A DNA stretch of 64,000 nt from an uncultured Pelagibacteraceae bacterium (GTDB lineage: Bacteria > Pseudomonadota > Alphaproteobacteria > Pelagibacterales > Pelagibacteraceae): positions 39,628 through 103,627 of the forward strand of contig CABZCA010000003.1 of the NCBI GenBank assembly GCA_902524115.1. Direction: 5' to 3'. The notes under the pieces were generated by a model that was not told the origin of the DNA, did no database searches, and saw nothing but the letters and a program-made list of their open reading frames with translations. The position numbers and the translations under genes are program-made. Below, piece after piece: positions 17,841 to 26,775 of this stretch; the first letter of the stretch is position 1, and each line of letters opens with the position of its first letter.

Positions 17841-18956
17841 ATGAATAATGAAAAAGTAATTGTTAATAGTTGGAATGAATGGGATCCATTGAAACATGTA
17901 ATAGTAGGTAAAGCAGATGGTACTTGTATACCTGCCCCTGAGCCAGCATTAGATGCCAAAGTTCCAGAAGACAGCGATATGAGAGGAAAATTTGGTCCAA
18001 GAACTAAAGATACTGTAGATAAAGCAAATCAGCTTTTAGATGATTTCTCAAATATATTAAAAAAAAGAGGGATTAAAGTTGATAGACCAGATCCAATTGA
18101 TTTTAATCAAAAAACATCTACACCTGATTGGCAAGCGGAGACAATGTTTGGATGCATGCCACCTAGAGATGTTTTGCTAACTGTTGGTAATGAAATTTTA
18201 GAGGCTACCATGAGTTATCGTTGCCGATGGTTTGAATATCTATGTTACCGACCACTTTTAAAGCAATATTATAATTTAGATCCAAATATGAGACACGAAT
18301 CTGCTCCTAAACCTAGATTAACAGATGAGGATTACAGAGAAGATTACTTATCAGATAAAATAGGAATTCAAAAAAGACTGGAATGGACAGAAAATAAATA
18401 TTTTGTGACCACTGAGGAGGAGCCATTATTTGATGCTGCTGACGTTCTAAGATTTGGTAAAGATTTAGTAGTACAACATGGTTTTACAACAAATTTAAAA
18501 GGAATTGATTGGTTAAAAAGACATTATAAAGATCACAGGGTCCATGCTGTTAATTTTCCAGGTGATCCTTATCCAATTCATATAGATGCAACCTTTACAC
18601 CTATCAAGGAGGGTTTAATAATTAACAATCCTCAAAGAAGGCTTCCTAAAGAGCAAAGAAAATTATTTGAAAATAACGGATGGGAAATTATTGATAGTGC
18701 TCAACCTGCACACAACGAGCCTCCTCCTCTATGTTACTCTTCAACATGGCTATCAATGAATGTTTTGGTTTTAGATCCTAAAACTGTATGTGTAGAAAAA
18801 AGTGAAGTATACCAAGCAGAACAACTAGATAAATTAGGCATGGAGGTTGTTCCTGTTGAGCTTAGAGACGCTTATGCATTTGGAGGTGGATTACATTGTT
18901 GTACAGCAGATGTTTATAGAGAAGGTGAATTAAAAGATTATTTTCTAAAGCAATAA
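17841..18956 (+). CDS. Amidinotransferase (L-arginine:glycine amidinotransferase / StrB1 family)
   Basis: SWNEWDPLK, MPPRD, EATM..RCRWFEY, catalytic triad in FDAAD, HIDAT and GGGLHCCT. Confidence 0.92.
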   Translation: MNNEKVIVNSWNEWDPLKHVIVGKADGTCIPAPEPALDAKVPEDSDMRGKFGPRTKDTVDKANQLLDDFSNILKKRGIKVDRPDPIDFNQKTSTPDWQAETMFGCMPPRDVLLTVGNEILEATMSYRCRWFEYLCYRPLLKQYYNLDPNMRHESAPKPRLTDEDYREDYLSDKIGIQKRLEWTENKYFVTTEEEPLFDAADVLRFGKDLVVQHGFTTNLKGIDWLKRHYKDHRVHAVNFPGDPYPIHIDATFTPIKEGLIINNPQRRLPKEQRKLFENNGWEIIDSAQPAHNEPPPLCYSSTWLSMNVLVLDPKTVCVEKSEVYQAEQLDKLGMEVVPVELRDAYAFGGGLHCCTADVYREGELKDYFLKQ

Positions 18957-18958
18957 TT

Positions 18959-20005
18959 GTGACTCAGATAAAAACAAAAAGAGAAAGAGTAAAATTTGCT
19001 TCAGATAACGTTACAGGTGCATGTCCAGAAGTCTTAAATGCACTTCTTAAAGCTAATGAGGATGACAAAACTCCATATGGTAATGATGAGCTGTCGAAAA
19101 ACTTACAAATCAAATTTTCAGAAATATTTGAAAAAGAAGTTATAGTATTTCCAACAGCATCAGGAACAGCAGCTAATGCTTTAGCCTTATCAACTATGAC
19201 TCCTTCTTTTGGAAATATCTATTGCCATAGACTTTCCCATATAAATGTCGATGAATGTGGAGCTCCAGAATTTTATACTGGAGGTGCAAAGTTAGTTAAT
19301 CTGGACGGAGATAATGGAAAAATAATAGCAGAAGAACTAGATAGAAACATCTCTGGAAAAGGTGTGGTACATCATACTCAACCCTCATCAGTAAGTATTA
19401 CCCAATTATGTGAAACAGGTGTTGCTTACAATTTAGATGAAATAAAAAAAATATCAGAGATTACTCATAAACATGATCTAAATATTCATATGGATGGTGC
19501 AAGATTTGCAAATGCGTTAGTTTCATTAAACTGTACTCCAGCAGAAATGACATGGAAGTCTGGAATTGATGTACTGTCATTTGGAGCAACTAAAAATGGA
19601 TGCCTAGCAGCAGAAGCCATTATTTTTTTTAAACAAGAGTTAGTTGGAAATTTAGCTTTTTTAATGAAAAGAGCAGGGCATTTACTATCAAAGATGCGTT
19701 TTGTATCAGCTCAATTAGATGCTTATATCTCAAATGAGGTTTGGTTAAAAAATGCAAAGCATGCAAATGCTATGGGGAAAAAATTAAGTCAAGGTTTACT
19801 GAAACACAAAAATATTGAATTAGCTTACCCAACAGATGCAAATGAAGTTTTTGTTAAAATACCAAAAAATATAATTGATCAATTTAATTCGCATGGTTAC
19901 AAAATTAACGACGATGAGTGGGAAGATAAAGCTGTTCGATTAGTTGCTGCCTGGAATACTCATCCAGATGATGTAGAATCGTTTTTAAATACAATTAAAT
20001 CTTAA
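18959..20005 (+). CDS. ltaE: Low-specificity L-threonine aldolase
   Basis: FASDN, GTAANAL, HINVDECGAPE, HMDGARFANA, SFGATKNG (PLP lysine), SKMRF. Confidence 0.9.
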   Translation: MTQIKTKRERVKFASDNVTGACPEVLNALLKANEDDKTPYGNDELSKNLQIKFSEIFEKEVIVFPTASGTAANALALSTMTPSFGNIYCHRLSHINVDECGAPEFYTGGAKLVNLDGDNGKIIAEELDRNISGKGVVHHTQPSSVSITQLCETGVAYNLDEIKKISEITHKHDLNIHMDGARFANALVSLNCTPAEMTWKSGIDVLSFGATKNGCLAAEAIIFFKQELVGNLAFLMKRAGHLLSKMRFVSAQLDAYISNEVWLKNAKHANAMGKKLSQGLLKHKNIELAYPTDANEVFVKIPKNIIDQFNSHGYKINDDEWEDKAVRLVAAWNTHPDDVESFLNTIKS

Positions 20006-20006
20006 T

Positions 20007-20234
20007 TTAGTTAGGATTTTCTTTAAGGAAATTTATATAATTAACTATTTCATCAAATTTTTCATCCTCAATATCTTTATAACTTGCATTAAATTTACTC
20101 TTTACGCAAATTGCGACATGTGCATAAGGATTTCTGCCTTTAGGATGATTAGGATGATCTGGAAGTTGTCCTTGTAAATAAAGGCCGGCTTCCTGTATCA
20201 TTTTCCACAGTTTACTTGCGTTTTCTTTGTTCAC
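20007..20234 (-). CDS. Hypothetical protein (75 aa)
   Basis: GTG start with AAAGGT upstream; distinctive LPDHPNHPKGRNPYAH segment. Confidence 0.7.
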   Translation of the reverse strand: MNKENASKLWKMIQEAGLYLQGQLPDHPNHPKGRNPYAHVAICVKSKFNASYKDIEDEKFDEIVNYINFLKENPN

Positions 20235-20282
20235 ACCTTTACTTTTCTTGTTTACCTCAAAAAGCTCTAGTTTAGGAACTAG

Positions 20283-20540
20283 TTACATTATTTTCTCAAG
20301 TTTCCAAGCTTCATCTTTAGCATTAAACTTTGCATTCCAATCTTTAGATCTTTGATCTTCAAATAAGGCATAAAATTTTTCTTCATCAGTGACATTTGCA
20401 ATAAAAATCATTTTACCTTCACGAATGTGTGCCCATTCAAATGATGACGTGCATTTTGTAAGATCATCTTTAAACATACTGTATAATTCATCTGCATCTT
20501 TTTTAGTTCCTTGATATGTTGTTGTTCCAACAAAGTTCAT
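20283..20540 (-). CDS. Hypothetical protein (85 aa)
   Basis: ATG with SD-like GAAAGGT; normal globular composition. Confidence 0.7.
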   Translation of the reverse strand: MNFVGTTTYQGTKKDADELYSMFKDDLTKCTSSFEWAHIREGKMIFIANVTDEEKFYALFEDQRSKDWNAKFNAKDEAWKLEKIM

Positions 20541-20627
20541 AGTTTTACCTTTCTTTAATTAATTAAGTTAATATAGACTCAACAAATTCCCAATCAATAA
20601 AATTTTTTAACAAATTTATCTCACCTT

Positions 20628-20654
20628 GTTCTAGTTTTGGTTCTAGTTCTAGTT
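20628..20654. repeat. Three copies of GTTCTAGTT in an intergenic region
   Basis: Copies at 20628-20636, 20640-20648 and 20646-20654 (last two overlap). Confidence 0.6.
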
Positions 20655-20660
20655 TGACCT

Positions 20661-20783
20661 TTAAAATCCACCACGCCAATTATTTTTAGATTTCAAATCT
20701 TTCTCTTCTTGTTTTGAAGTAGGTCTAAATAAATAAAAACCTACTACAACAATAACGAATATACCTAAAATGATTTCAGTCAT
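20661..20783 (-). CDS. Small single-TM protein, 40 aa (not in ORF track)
   Basis: MTEIILGIFVIVVVGFYLFRPTSKQEEKDLKSKNNWRGGF*; starts 6 nt after the yajQ stop. Confidence 0.65.
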   Translation of the reverse strand: MTEIILGIFVIVVVGFYLFRPTSKQEEKDLKSKNNWRGGF

Positions 20784-20789
20784 ATTTGA

Positions 20790-21275
20790 TTAATCTCTAA
20801 AGTTTATAAATTCAATTGGAAGTCCTATATCAATACCTTGTATAGCAGATATTGCTTCTTGAAGGTCATCTCTTTTTTTTCCTTGAGCTCTTAATTCTTC
20901 TCCTTGAATTTTAATTTGAATTTTAAGTTTAAGTTTTTTTACATCAGCAATAATCTTCTTAGCATTTTCTTGACTAATGCCCTCTGCTAATTCACTGACT
21001 TGTCTGATGGTTCCACCAGACGCTCCTTCTGAATTTTTAACGATTATTACTCTTGGATCTACTTTTCTTCTTACAAGATGAACTTGTAGTAATTCATTTA
21101 CTTGTTTTAATTTTAATTCATCTGGCGCTATTGTAGTTATTATTTTATCTTTTCTCTCAATTGAAATATTAAGTCCCTTAAAATCATATCGGTTAGCAAT
21201 TTCTCTTAAACAATTAGAAAGAGCATTGTCAAATTCTTGATAATTAATTTTACTTATTACATCAAATGAAGGCAT
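20790..21275 (-). CDS. yajQ: YajQ family nucleotide-binding protein
   Basis: MPSFDVIS, RYDFKG, IQGEELR..GKKRDDLQ, NFRD. Confidence 0.95.
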   Translation of the reverse strand: MPSFDVISKINYQEFDNALSNCLREIANRYDFKGLNISIERKDKIITTIAPDELKLKQVNELLQVHLVRRKVDPRVIIVKNSEGASGGTIRQVSELAEGISQENAKKIIADVKKLKLKIQIKIQGEELRAQGKKRDDLQEAISAIQGIDIGLPIEFINFRD

Positions 21276-21372
21276 AATTTTAATATTCTATACAATATTA
21301 CATTTTTTTATAAGAACAACCTTCTTTAATCATTGTAATAATTTTTAAAATTTTAGTATATTTTAATTTTAA

Positions 21373-22398
21373 ATGTCCAAAGGTAAAATTAAAATTCATA
21401 TAAGAAATAATCACTGGAAAAAAGGTTCTTTGCCTTGTGATTTAGAAGGTGAAAAAAATAGTAGTGTTCCAAAAGAATTATTTGAGAATTTTCTCAAAAA
21501 ATATTCTGATATAAAAGATAAGATTTCATTCATAATTGATTGGGATGATGATAATTGGAAATCTTCAATGAAAGATGCAGATATTTTGCTTACATGGAAT
21601 TTCCCAACAAAAAATTTAAGTAAAATTGCACCAAATTTAAAATGGATACATATTGTGTCGGCGGGTGTTAATCATCTTTATCCATTTAATTGGCTTAAAA
21701 AAGATATAATTTTAACAAATAGTAGTGGAATACATTCTAAAAAAGCAGGTGAATTTGGATTAATGAGTGTTTTGATGCTTCAAAACCATATGACAAGAAT
21801 AATTACTAATCAAAAAAAAAAAGAGTTTGTAACTTTATTAAGTAACCCAATTGATAGTAAAAAAGTTGTAGTGGTAGGCACTGGATCATTAGGTGGGTCA
21901 ATGATTAAACATATCAGCTCATTAGGAGCAAAAGTTATTGGAGTTAATAGAAGGGGTAGAGCAGTTGAAGGTTGTTCAAAAGTTATAACATTTGATAGGA
22001 TTGATGAAGTCTTAGCTGAGGCTGATTTTCTTTATTTAGCTGTTCCAGAAACAAACGAAACAAAAGGGTTAATAAATAAGAAAAGATTAGATGTTCTTAA
22101 AGCTACGTGTGGAATTGTTAATATTGGTCGCCAATCTGTTATGGATTATGAGCATCTGAGAAAAAAATTAAAAAAAAATGAAATTGCTGGAGCTATTTTA
22201 GATGTTTTTTCAGAAGAACCCATAAATAAAAATTCTAAATTTTGGGATACTCCAAATTTAGTAATTACACCTCATATATCTTCAGATAGCAAAGGAAATT
22301 ATATTAAAATGGTTTTAGAAAAGTTTTTTCAGAATTTAATACTATTTATTGATAAAAAAGATTTGCATAATCAAGTCGATCCTAAATTAGGCTATTGA
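21373..22398 (+). CDS. D-2-hydroxyacid dehydrogenase family
   Basis: SAGVNH, TNSSGIH, VGTGSLG, VNIGR, LDVF..EP, ITPHIS. Confidence 0.88.
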   Translation: MSKGKIKIHIRNNHWKKGSLPCDLEGEKNSSVPKELFENFLKKYSDIKDKISFIIDWDDDNWKSSMKDADILLTWNFPTKNLSKIAPNLKWIHIVSAGVNHLYPFNWLKKDIILTNSSGIHSKKAGEFGLMSVLMLQNHMTRIITNQKKKEFVTLLSNPIDSKKVVVVGTGSLGGSMIKHISSLGAKVIGVNRRGRAVEGCSKVITFDRIDEVLAEADFLYLAVPETNETKGLINKKRLDVLKATCGIVNIGRQSVMDYEHLRKKLKKNEIAGAILDVFSEEPINKNSKFWDTPNLVITPHISSDSKGNYIKMVLEKFFQNLILFIDKKDLHNQVDPKLGY

Positions 22399-23472
22399 TT
22401 ATTTTGGTAACCAGGAACTGTACAAAGGATTGTCGTTTGTAATTGGAAGTTTGATACTTTTGTTTTGTCTTGATGAACTGTAAACAGCTGTTACAAACTC
22501 TAAAGATTTTCTAGCATCCAATAAAGTTACTTCATCACTAACTTTTCCATCAAGTTTGTTGGCTATTTCATTAAACATTCCTGCGTACCATGATTTAGGT
22601 TTTTCGACTTTTGACAATACTTCATCAATTTGACTTTGTGAAATAGGGGCTCTTGGTAAAAATACCCATTCATCATCAGCTGGATTATAAGGTTTATCTG
22701 GAGATGCTCCCGATTCTACTGTCAGTCCATCAAAACAGAATTTTAGTCTACTGGTATCATTTGCTGCACCAAGGGTGATAGAGCTGGTGACCAATGTTCC
22801 ATCTTTCATTTCAATTGATAAAGATGCACAGTCTTCGACCTCAATATCGTTTACTCTTGTAGTTAATTTTGCAAATACATTTGAAACTGGTCCTAATATC
22901 ATACTGACTAAGTCATGAATATGTATTGAGTGACTTAAAATTGCTCCTCCTTGTTCACCATCCCAAGTACCTCTCCAAGGTTTTGAGTAATAATCTTTTC
23001 CTCTGTTCCAATGAGTTTCTAATGAGGCGATTAAAGGTTTTCCAGCAAGTCCTGACCTTATTAGTGCCTTAAATTTTGAAAATCCTAATCCATACCTATA
23101 TTGAAATACAGGAAAGATTATCTTTCCTGTTTCTTTACTAATATTTTCTAGCTCATCAATTTCATTAAGACTTGAAACCAATGGTTTTTCACAAATTACA
23201 TGCTTTCCCGCTTCAAGAGATTTTTTGCATGCAGAAAAATGTAAATGGGGTGGGAGACAAATATCAATCATATCTATTTCCTTTACTTTTAATACATCAT
23301 CAAAGTTTAATGACATTTTAGTATCATTATTTGACGCTAAGATTTTATCTATTGCATCTCTTGTTAAACCACACAATGTATGAACACTAAATCGGTCTGA
23401 TACTTTTTGAAAGTCTTCAAAATGTTTAGCTCCTATATTAGTTCCTATTATTGCTACCTGATATTTTTTCAT
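22399..23472 (-). CDS. Gfo/Idh/MocA family oxidoreductase
   Basis: ICLPPHLH, HVICEKP, WRGTW..E.GGA, IHIHD. Confidence 0.9.
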   Translation of the reverse strand: MKKYQVAIIGTNIGAKHFEDFQKVSDRFSVHTLCGLTRDAIDKILASNNDTKMSLNFDDVLKVKEIDMIDICLPPHLHFSACKKSLEAGKHVICEKPLVSSLNEIDELENISKETGKIIFPVFQYRYGLGFSKFKALIRSGLAGKPLIASLETHWNRGKDYYSKPWRGTWDGEQGGAILSHSIHIHDLVSMILGPVSNVFAKLTTRVNDIEVEDCASLSIEMKDGTLVTSSITLGAANDTSRLKFCFDGLTVESGASPDKPYNPADDEWVFLPRAPISQSQIDEVLSKVEKPKSWYAGMFNEIANKLDGKVSDEVTLLDARKSLEFVTAVYSSSRQNKSIKLPITNDNPLYSSWLPK

Positions 23473-24479
23473 TTTTTTTCTGCTAATTCTTGAGCTTTAA
23501 TTGCTAGTTCCATTGATAAGTAAGTAAGTTCTGGCGAACAAGCAGTATCAGTTCTATTTAAAACATCTTTAATTAAATTAGCAAAGTAGGGGAGTTTTAC
23601 ATTCGCACAGTCAATATGTTTAACATCGTCATTATTTGCCAAAAATAGTTGATTTCCTTTTTCAGATTTTGCTAGGTCTGTGTATTTTCTAATTTCAATA
23701 AAACCTTTATCACCCAATATAAATAACCTTCCATCTCCCCAAGTAGAAAGCGCATCAGGAGTAAACCAATCTAAACGAACATATCCATGACCACCATTTC
23801 CAGTAAGATTAACTTCCCCGAAATCTTGAAAACCAGCAAATTCTTTCTTAGTCGTATTTTCGACTAACGCATGGTTTACTTTAGCTTCATTTGAATTAGT
23901 AAATACTAAAAATTGGTGAATTTGATGTGAGCCTATATCAGTTATTATTCCACCATAACTATTACGATCATAAAACCAATCAGGTCTCTCATAATTACCT
24001 TGCCTGTGGGGACCAGTGCCAATTGTCTGTTTGACTTTACCAATTTTACCTTCAGCAACTAGCTCTTCAGCTTTTGTAACAGCGGCTACATGAAATCTTT
24101 CTGAAAAATTAATTGACCAAATTTTTCCAGTATCTTTAACAGTTTGTTTTAGATTATTAAGTTGCTCAAGAGTTGTACATCCTGGTTTATCAACCATAAC
24201 ATCTTTTCCAGCTTTCATTGCGTCTATAGATAGATTTGCTCTATCTTTGGGAATGGATGAAATTAAAATCATATCAATTGTATCGTCATTTAAAATATCG
24301 CTTTTATTAACTACTCTTTTTATTTGGGGATATTTTTTGCTAAATTCATCTAATGTTAACGGAGATCCTTCGGTCCAAAAATAATTACAACTACATCCCT
24401 CTTTAAGCATCTCATCAAGCATGTCGAAGATATGACCATGATCAATACCCAATACTCCAAGATTTATAGTTTTAGTCAT
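23469..24479 (-). CDS. Gfo/Idh/MocA family oxidoreductase
   Basis: GIDHGH, DVMVDKP, YGGIITDIGSHQ; ATGA overlap with the next gene. Confidence 0.88.
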   Translation of the reverse strand: MTKTINLGVLGIDHGHIFDMLDEMLKEGCSCNYFWTEGSPLTLDEFSKKYPQIKRVVNKSDILNDDTIDMILISSIPKDRANLSIDAMKAGKDVMVDKPGCTTLEQLNNLKQTVKDTGKIWSINFSERFHVAAVTKAEELVAEGKIGKVKQTIGTGPHRQGNYERPDWFYDRNSYGGIITDIGSHQIHQFLVFTNSNEAKVNHALVENTTKKEFAGFQDFGEVNLTGNGGHGYVRLDWFTPDALSTWGDGRLFILGDKGFIEIRKYTDLAKSEKGNQLFLANNDDVKHIDCANVKLPYFANLIKDVLNRTDTACSPELTYLSMELAIKAQELAEKK

Positions 24480-24523
24480 AAACCATTTTAGCAGATTAAA
24501 AATTTTAAATAAGATTTTAATTA

Positions 24524-25840
24524 TTAGGAAGGGTTATTCTCTTCAATAACGGTTTCTTGAGTTCCTAGTGGTTTTACCGGGTCTTCGATAGGCTCTGTCG
24601 CTGGATTTAGTTCTAAGCCAATAGGTGTTATTGTTGTAGGAAGAGGTGTGAATTGAGAATCTGGGTTTTCAATAACCTCTCTAACATTCATTCTATAAAT
24701 TCCATATGCTCCTATTAAACAATGAAATATAATTAAAAATATAAAATAACCATTCTCTCCAATTATATCCATAAACATAGAACATAAAAAAGGCCCGCTA
24801 ATTGCACCCATTCCAAAGGTAAATTGTAAACCTGCACCAGCAGCTACAAATTTTTCTTTAGCTATAAAATCATTAGTGTGAGCAAATATTAATGCAAACA
24901 TAGGAAGACTAAAGAAAGCATATAAACCTGTAAAAATATAAAACCAAAACTTTGAGCTCGCCAAACCATCAGGTAAATGCATTGTACCAACTGAAAAAAT
25001 CGCACATAACGCAAAGAAAGCCGAAGCAAATGTGGAATATACGGTTACTGTTCTTCTGTCATAAACGTCTGATAGCTTACCAATCGGCCATTGTGAAATT
25101 GCACCAGAGATAGCAATTAAAAATGTTACAAAAGAAATTTCAAAAATACTAAAATTCATTGACGCTGCATAGACAGCAATTAAAGCAAACATTGCAGAGT
25201 GACAAATTCCACATAAAAGTGCACTTACCATTCCAAAAGGAGAGGCTTCATAAAGTTCTTTAATTTTCATTCCTATAATTTTTTTAAATTTTGGTGGTTT
25301 TTTCTTAGTTAATAATATTGGAACAAGTGACAGGGACATGAATAAAGAAACAAGTATAAATGGCTGAAAATTTTCTGGCTTACTGAAGTTTAAAAAAAAC
25401 ATTCCAATCGCCATAGATCCATAAAGAACAATCATATAAACTGATAAAACGCTTCCTCTATTTTTATTGCTTGCTCGGTCGTTTAGCCAGCTTTCAGCAA
25501 TTGTATATAAACATACCATTGAAAAACCTGAGGCAATTCTTAATAGAAACCATGTAAATGGATTGACGATTATAGAGTGAACTAAAACAACGATAGAAGC
25601 AATTGATGCAAAAGCAGCAAATACTCTAATATGTCCAACTCTTGAAACTAAAATTGGAACTGTTTTTGCTCCTATAAAATAGCCTACAAAATAACCAGAT
25701 AGCATAAAACCAGTTGCTGTTAAGCTAAAACTTTCATGAACTGCTCTTACTCCAAGTAAAGAAACTTGAAAGCCATGAGCTATCATAATTAGACCCATGC
25801 CTGTGAATAATGCCCAGGAATTTTTAAGTATCTTTTCCAT
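24524..25840 (-). CDS. MFS transporter (YcaD-like)
   Basis: RVGHIRVFAAFAS, AESWLN, QWPIGKLSD..DRR, AHTND; ~12 TM. Confidence 0.88.
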   Translation of the reverse strand: MEKILKNSWALFTGMGLIMIAHGFQVSLLGVRAVHESFSLTATGFMLSGYFVGYFIGAKTVPILVSRVGHIRVFAAFASIASIVVLVHSIIVNPFTWFLLRIASGFSMVCLYTIAESWLNDRASNKNRGSVLSVYMIVLYGSMAIGMFFLNFSKPENFQPFILVSLFMSLSLVPILLTKKKPPKFKKIIGMKIKELYEASPFGMVSALLCGICHSAMFALIAVYAASMNFSIFEISFVTFLIAISGAISQWPIGKLSDVYDRRTVTVYSTFASAFFALCAIFSVGTMHLPDGLASSKFWFYIFTGLYAFFSLPMFALIFAHTNDFIAKEKFVAAGAGLQFTFGMGAISGPFLCSMFMDIIGENGYFIFLIIFHCLIGAYGIYRMNVREVIENPDSQFTPLPTTITPIGLELNPATEPIEDPVKPLGTQETVIEENNPS

Positions 25841-25881
25841 AATTGCGCTATCTATGGATGATTTGATAGTAAATCAAGAAA

Positions 25882-26775
25882 TTAATTAATAATTTTTTTA
25901 GGCTCTCTTAGCTTTATAAATGAGTGGATGCCCAAAGTGATTATGATCACGGCACCTCCAACGATTGTCTCTAACGTTGGCTGCTCTTTAACAACTAACC
26001 AAACCCAAATTGGACCTATTATTGTTTCTAATAAGAAAAATAGATTTACTTCTTCTGCTGGTATGAATCTTGGTGCGATCGTTACTAAAACAAAAGGAAG
26101 GGCTACACAAATAATGCACATTATCGGTATGTAAATTTGATCAGTTCCAATTAAATGAAAGTTTTCAACAAAAAAGAAAGCAAATACTGCCACTCCTAAT
26201 TTGCCAATTACAGCAGAAGGCAAAAGATCTCTGTCTTTAGCATATCTAATAAGAACTGCATTCACAGCTAATCCTGCAGCTGTAACAAATCCCATTATAT
26301 TCCCAAAAAGATTACCGACTTGTAAAGAGTCATAAAAAATAAATAAAGCCGCTAAAAATGTAATGAAAATGGCGATCCAAGTCCCTTTACTAGGCATTTC
26401 TTTTAAGAATATTGCCCCAAGTATTGCGGAAAGCATTGGGGCTAAAGCAATCATAATCAACGTATTGGCTACATTAGTATTTTGAATAGAAACAATGAAA
26501 GTGATGTTACAAATAGAGAAGCTAATTGCGTAAAATATACCAACTGTACCAACTTTTAAAAAGGCATTAATAAAATTTTGCCTATAAAATAATAGTAGTC
26601 CAATTAATACTATAAAGAAAGGTATGGCTCCTCTATAAAAAAGCATTCCCCATGTTTCTATGTCTGAAAGTCTGATAAGTAATGAGTCTGGTGTAATGAA
26701 CATTACAGCTACGAAGGCTAGTAATGAACCTTTCTTTTGATCTGATAATTTATTCAAGCTCTTAAACCTTTCCAA
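25882..26775 (-). CDS. DMT/EamA family transporter
   Basis: ITPDSLLIRL, TNVANTL, APRFIPAEEV..FLLET..GP.WVW. Confidence 0.85.
   Translation of the reverse strand: MERFKSLNKLSDQKKGSLLAFVAVMFITPDSLLIRLSDIETWGMLFYRGAIPFFIVLIGLLLFYRQNFINAFLKVGTVGIFYAISFSICNITFIVSIQNTNVANTLIMIALAPMLSAILGAIFLKEMPSKGTWIAIFITFLAALFIFYDSLQVGNLFGNIMGFVTAAGLAVNAVLIRYAKDRDLLPSAVIGKLGVAVFAFFFVENFHLIGTDQIYIPIMCIICVALPFVLVTIAPRFIPAEEVNLFFLLETIIGPIWVWLVVKEQPTLETIVGGAVIIITLGIHSFIKLREPKKIIN

Noticed and set aside
17841-18956. Toxin or antibiotic biosynthetic cluster around the amidinotransferase
   Set aside because: No NRPS, PKS, aminoglycoside or tailoring genes anywhere in the window
20628-20643. LexA (SOS) box call
   Set aside because: GTTC half-sites are separated by 8 nt, not the 7 of the alphaproteobacterial consensus; kept only as an unexplained repeat
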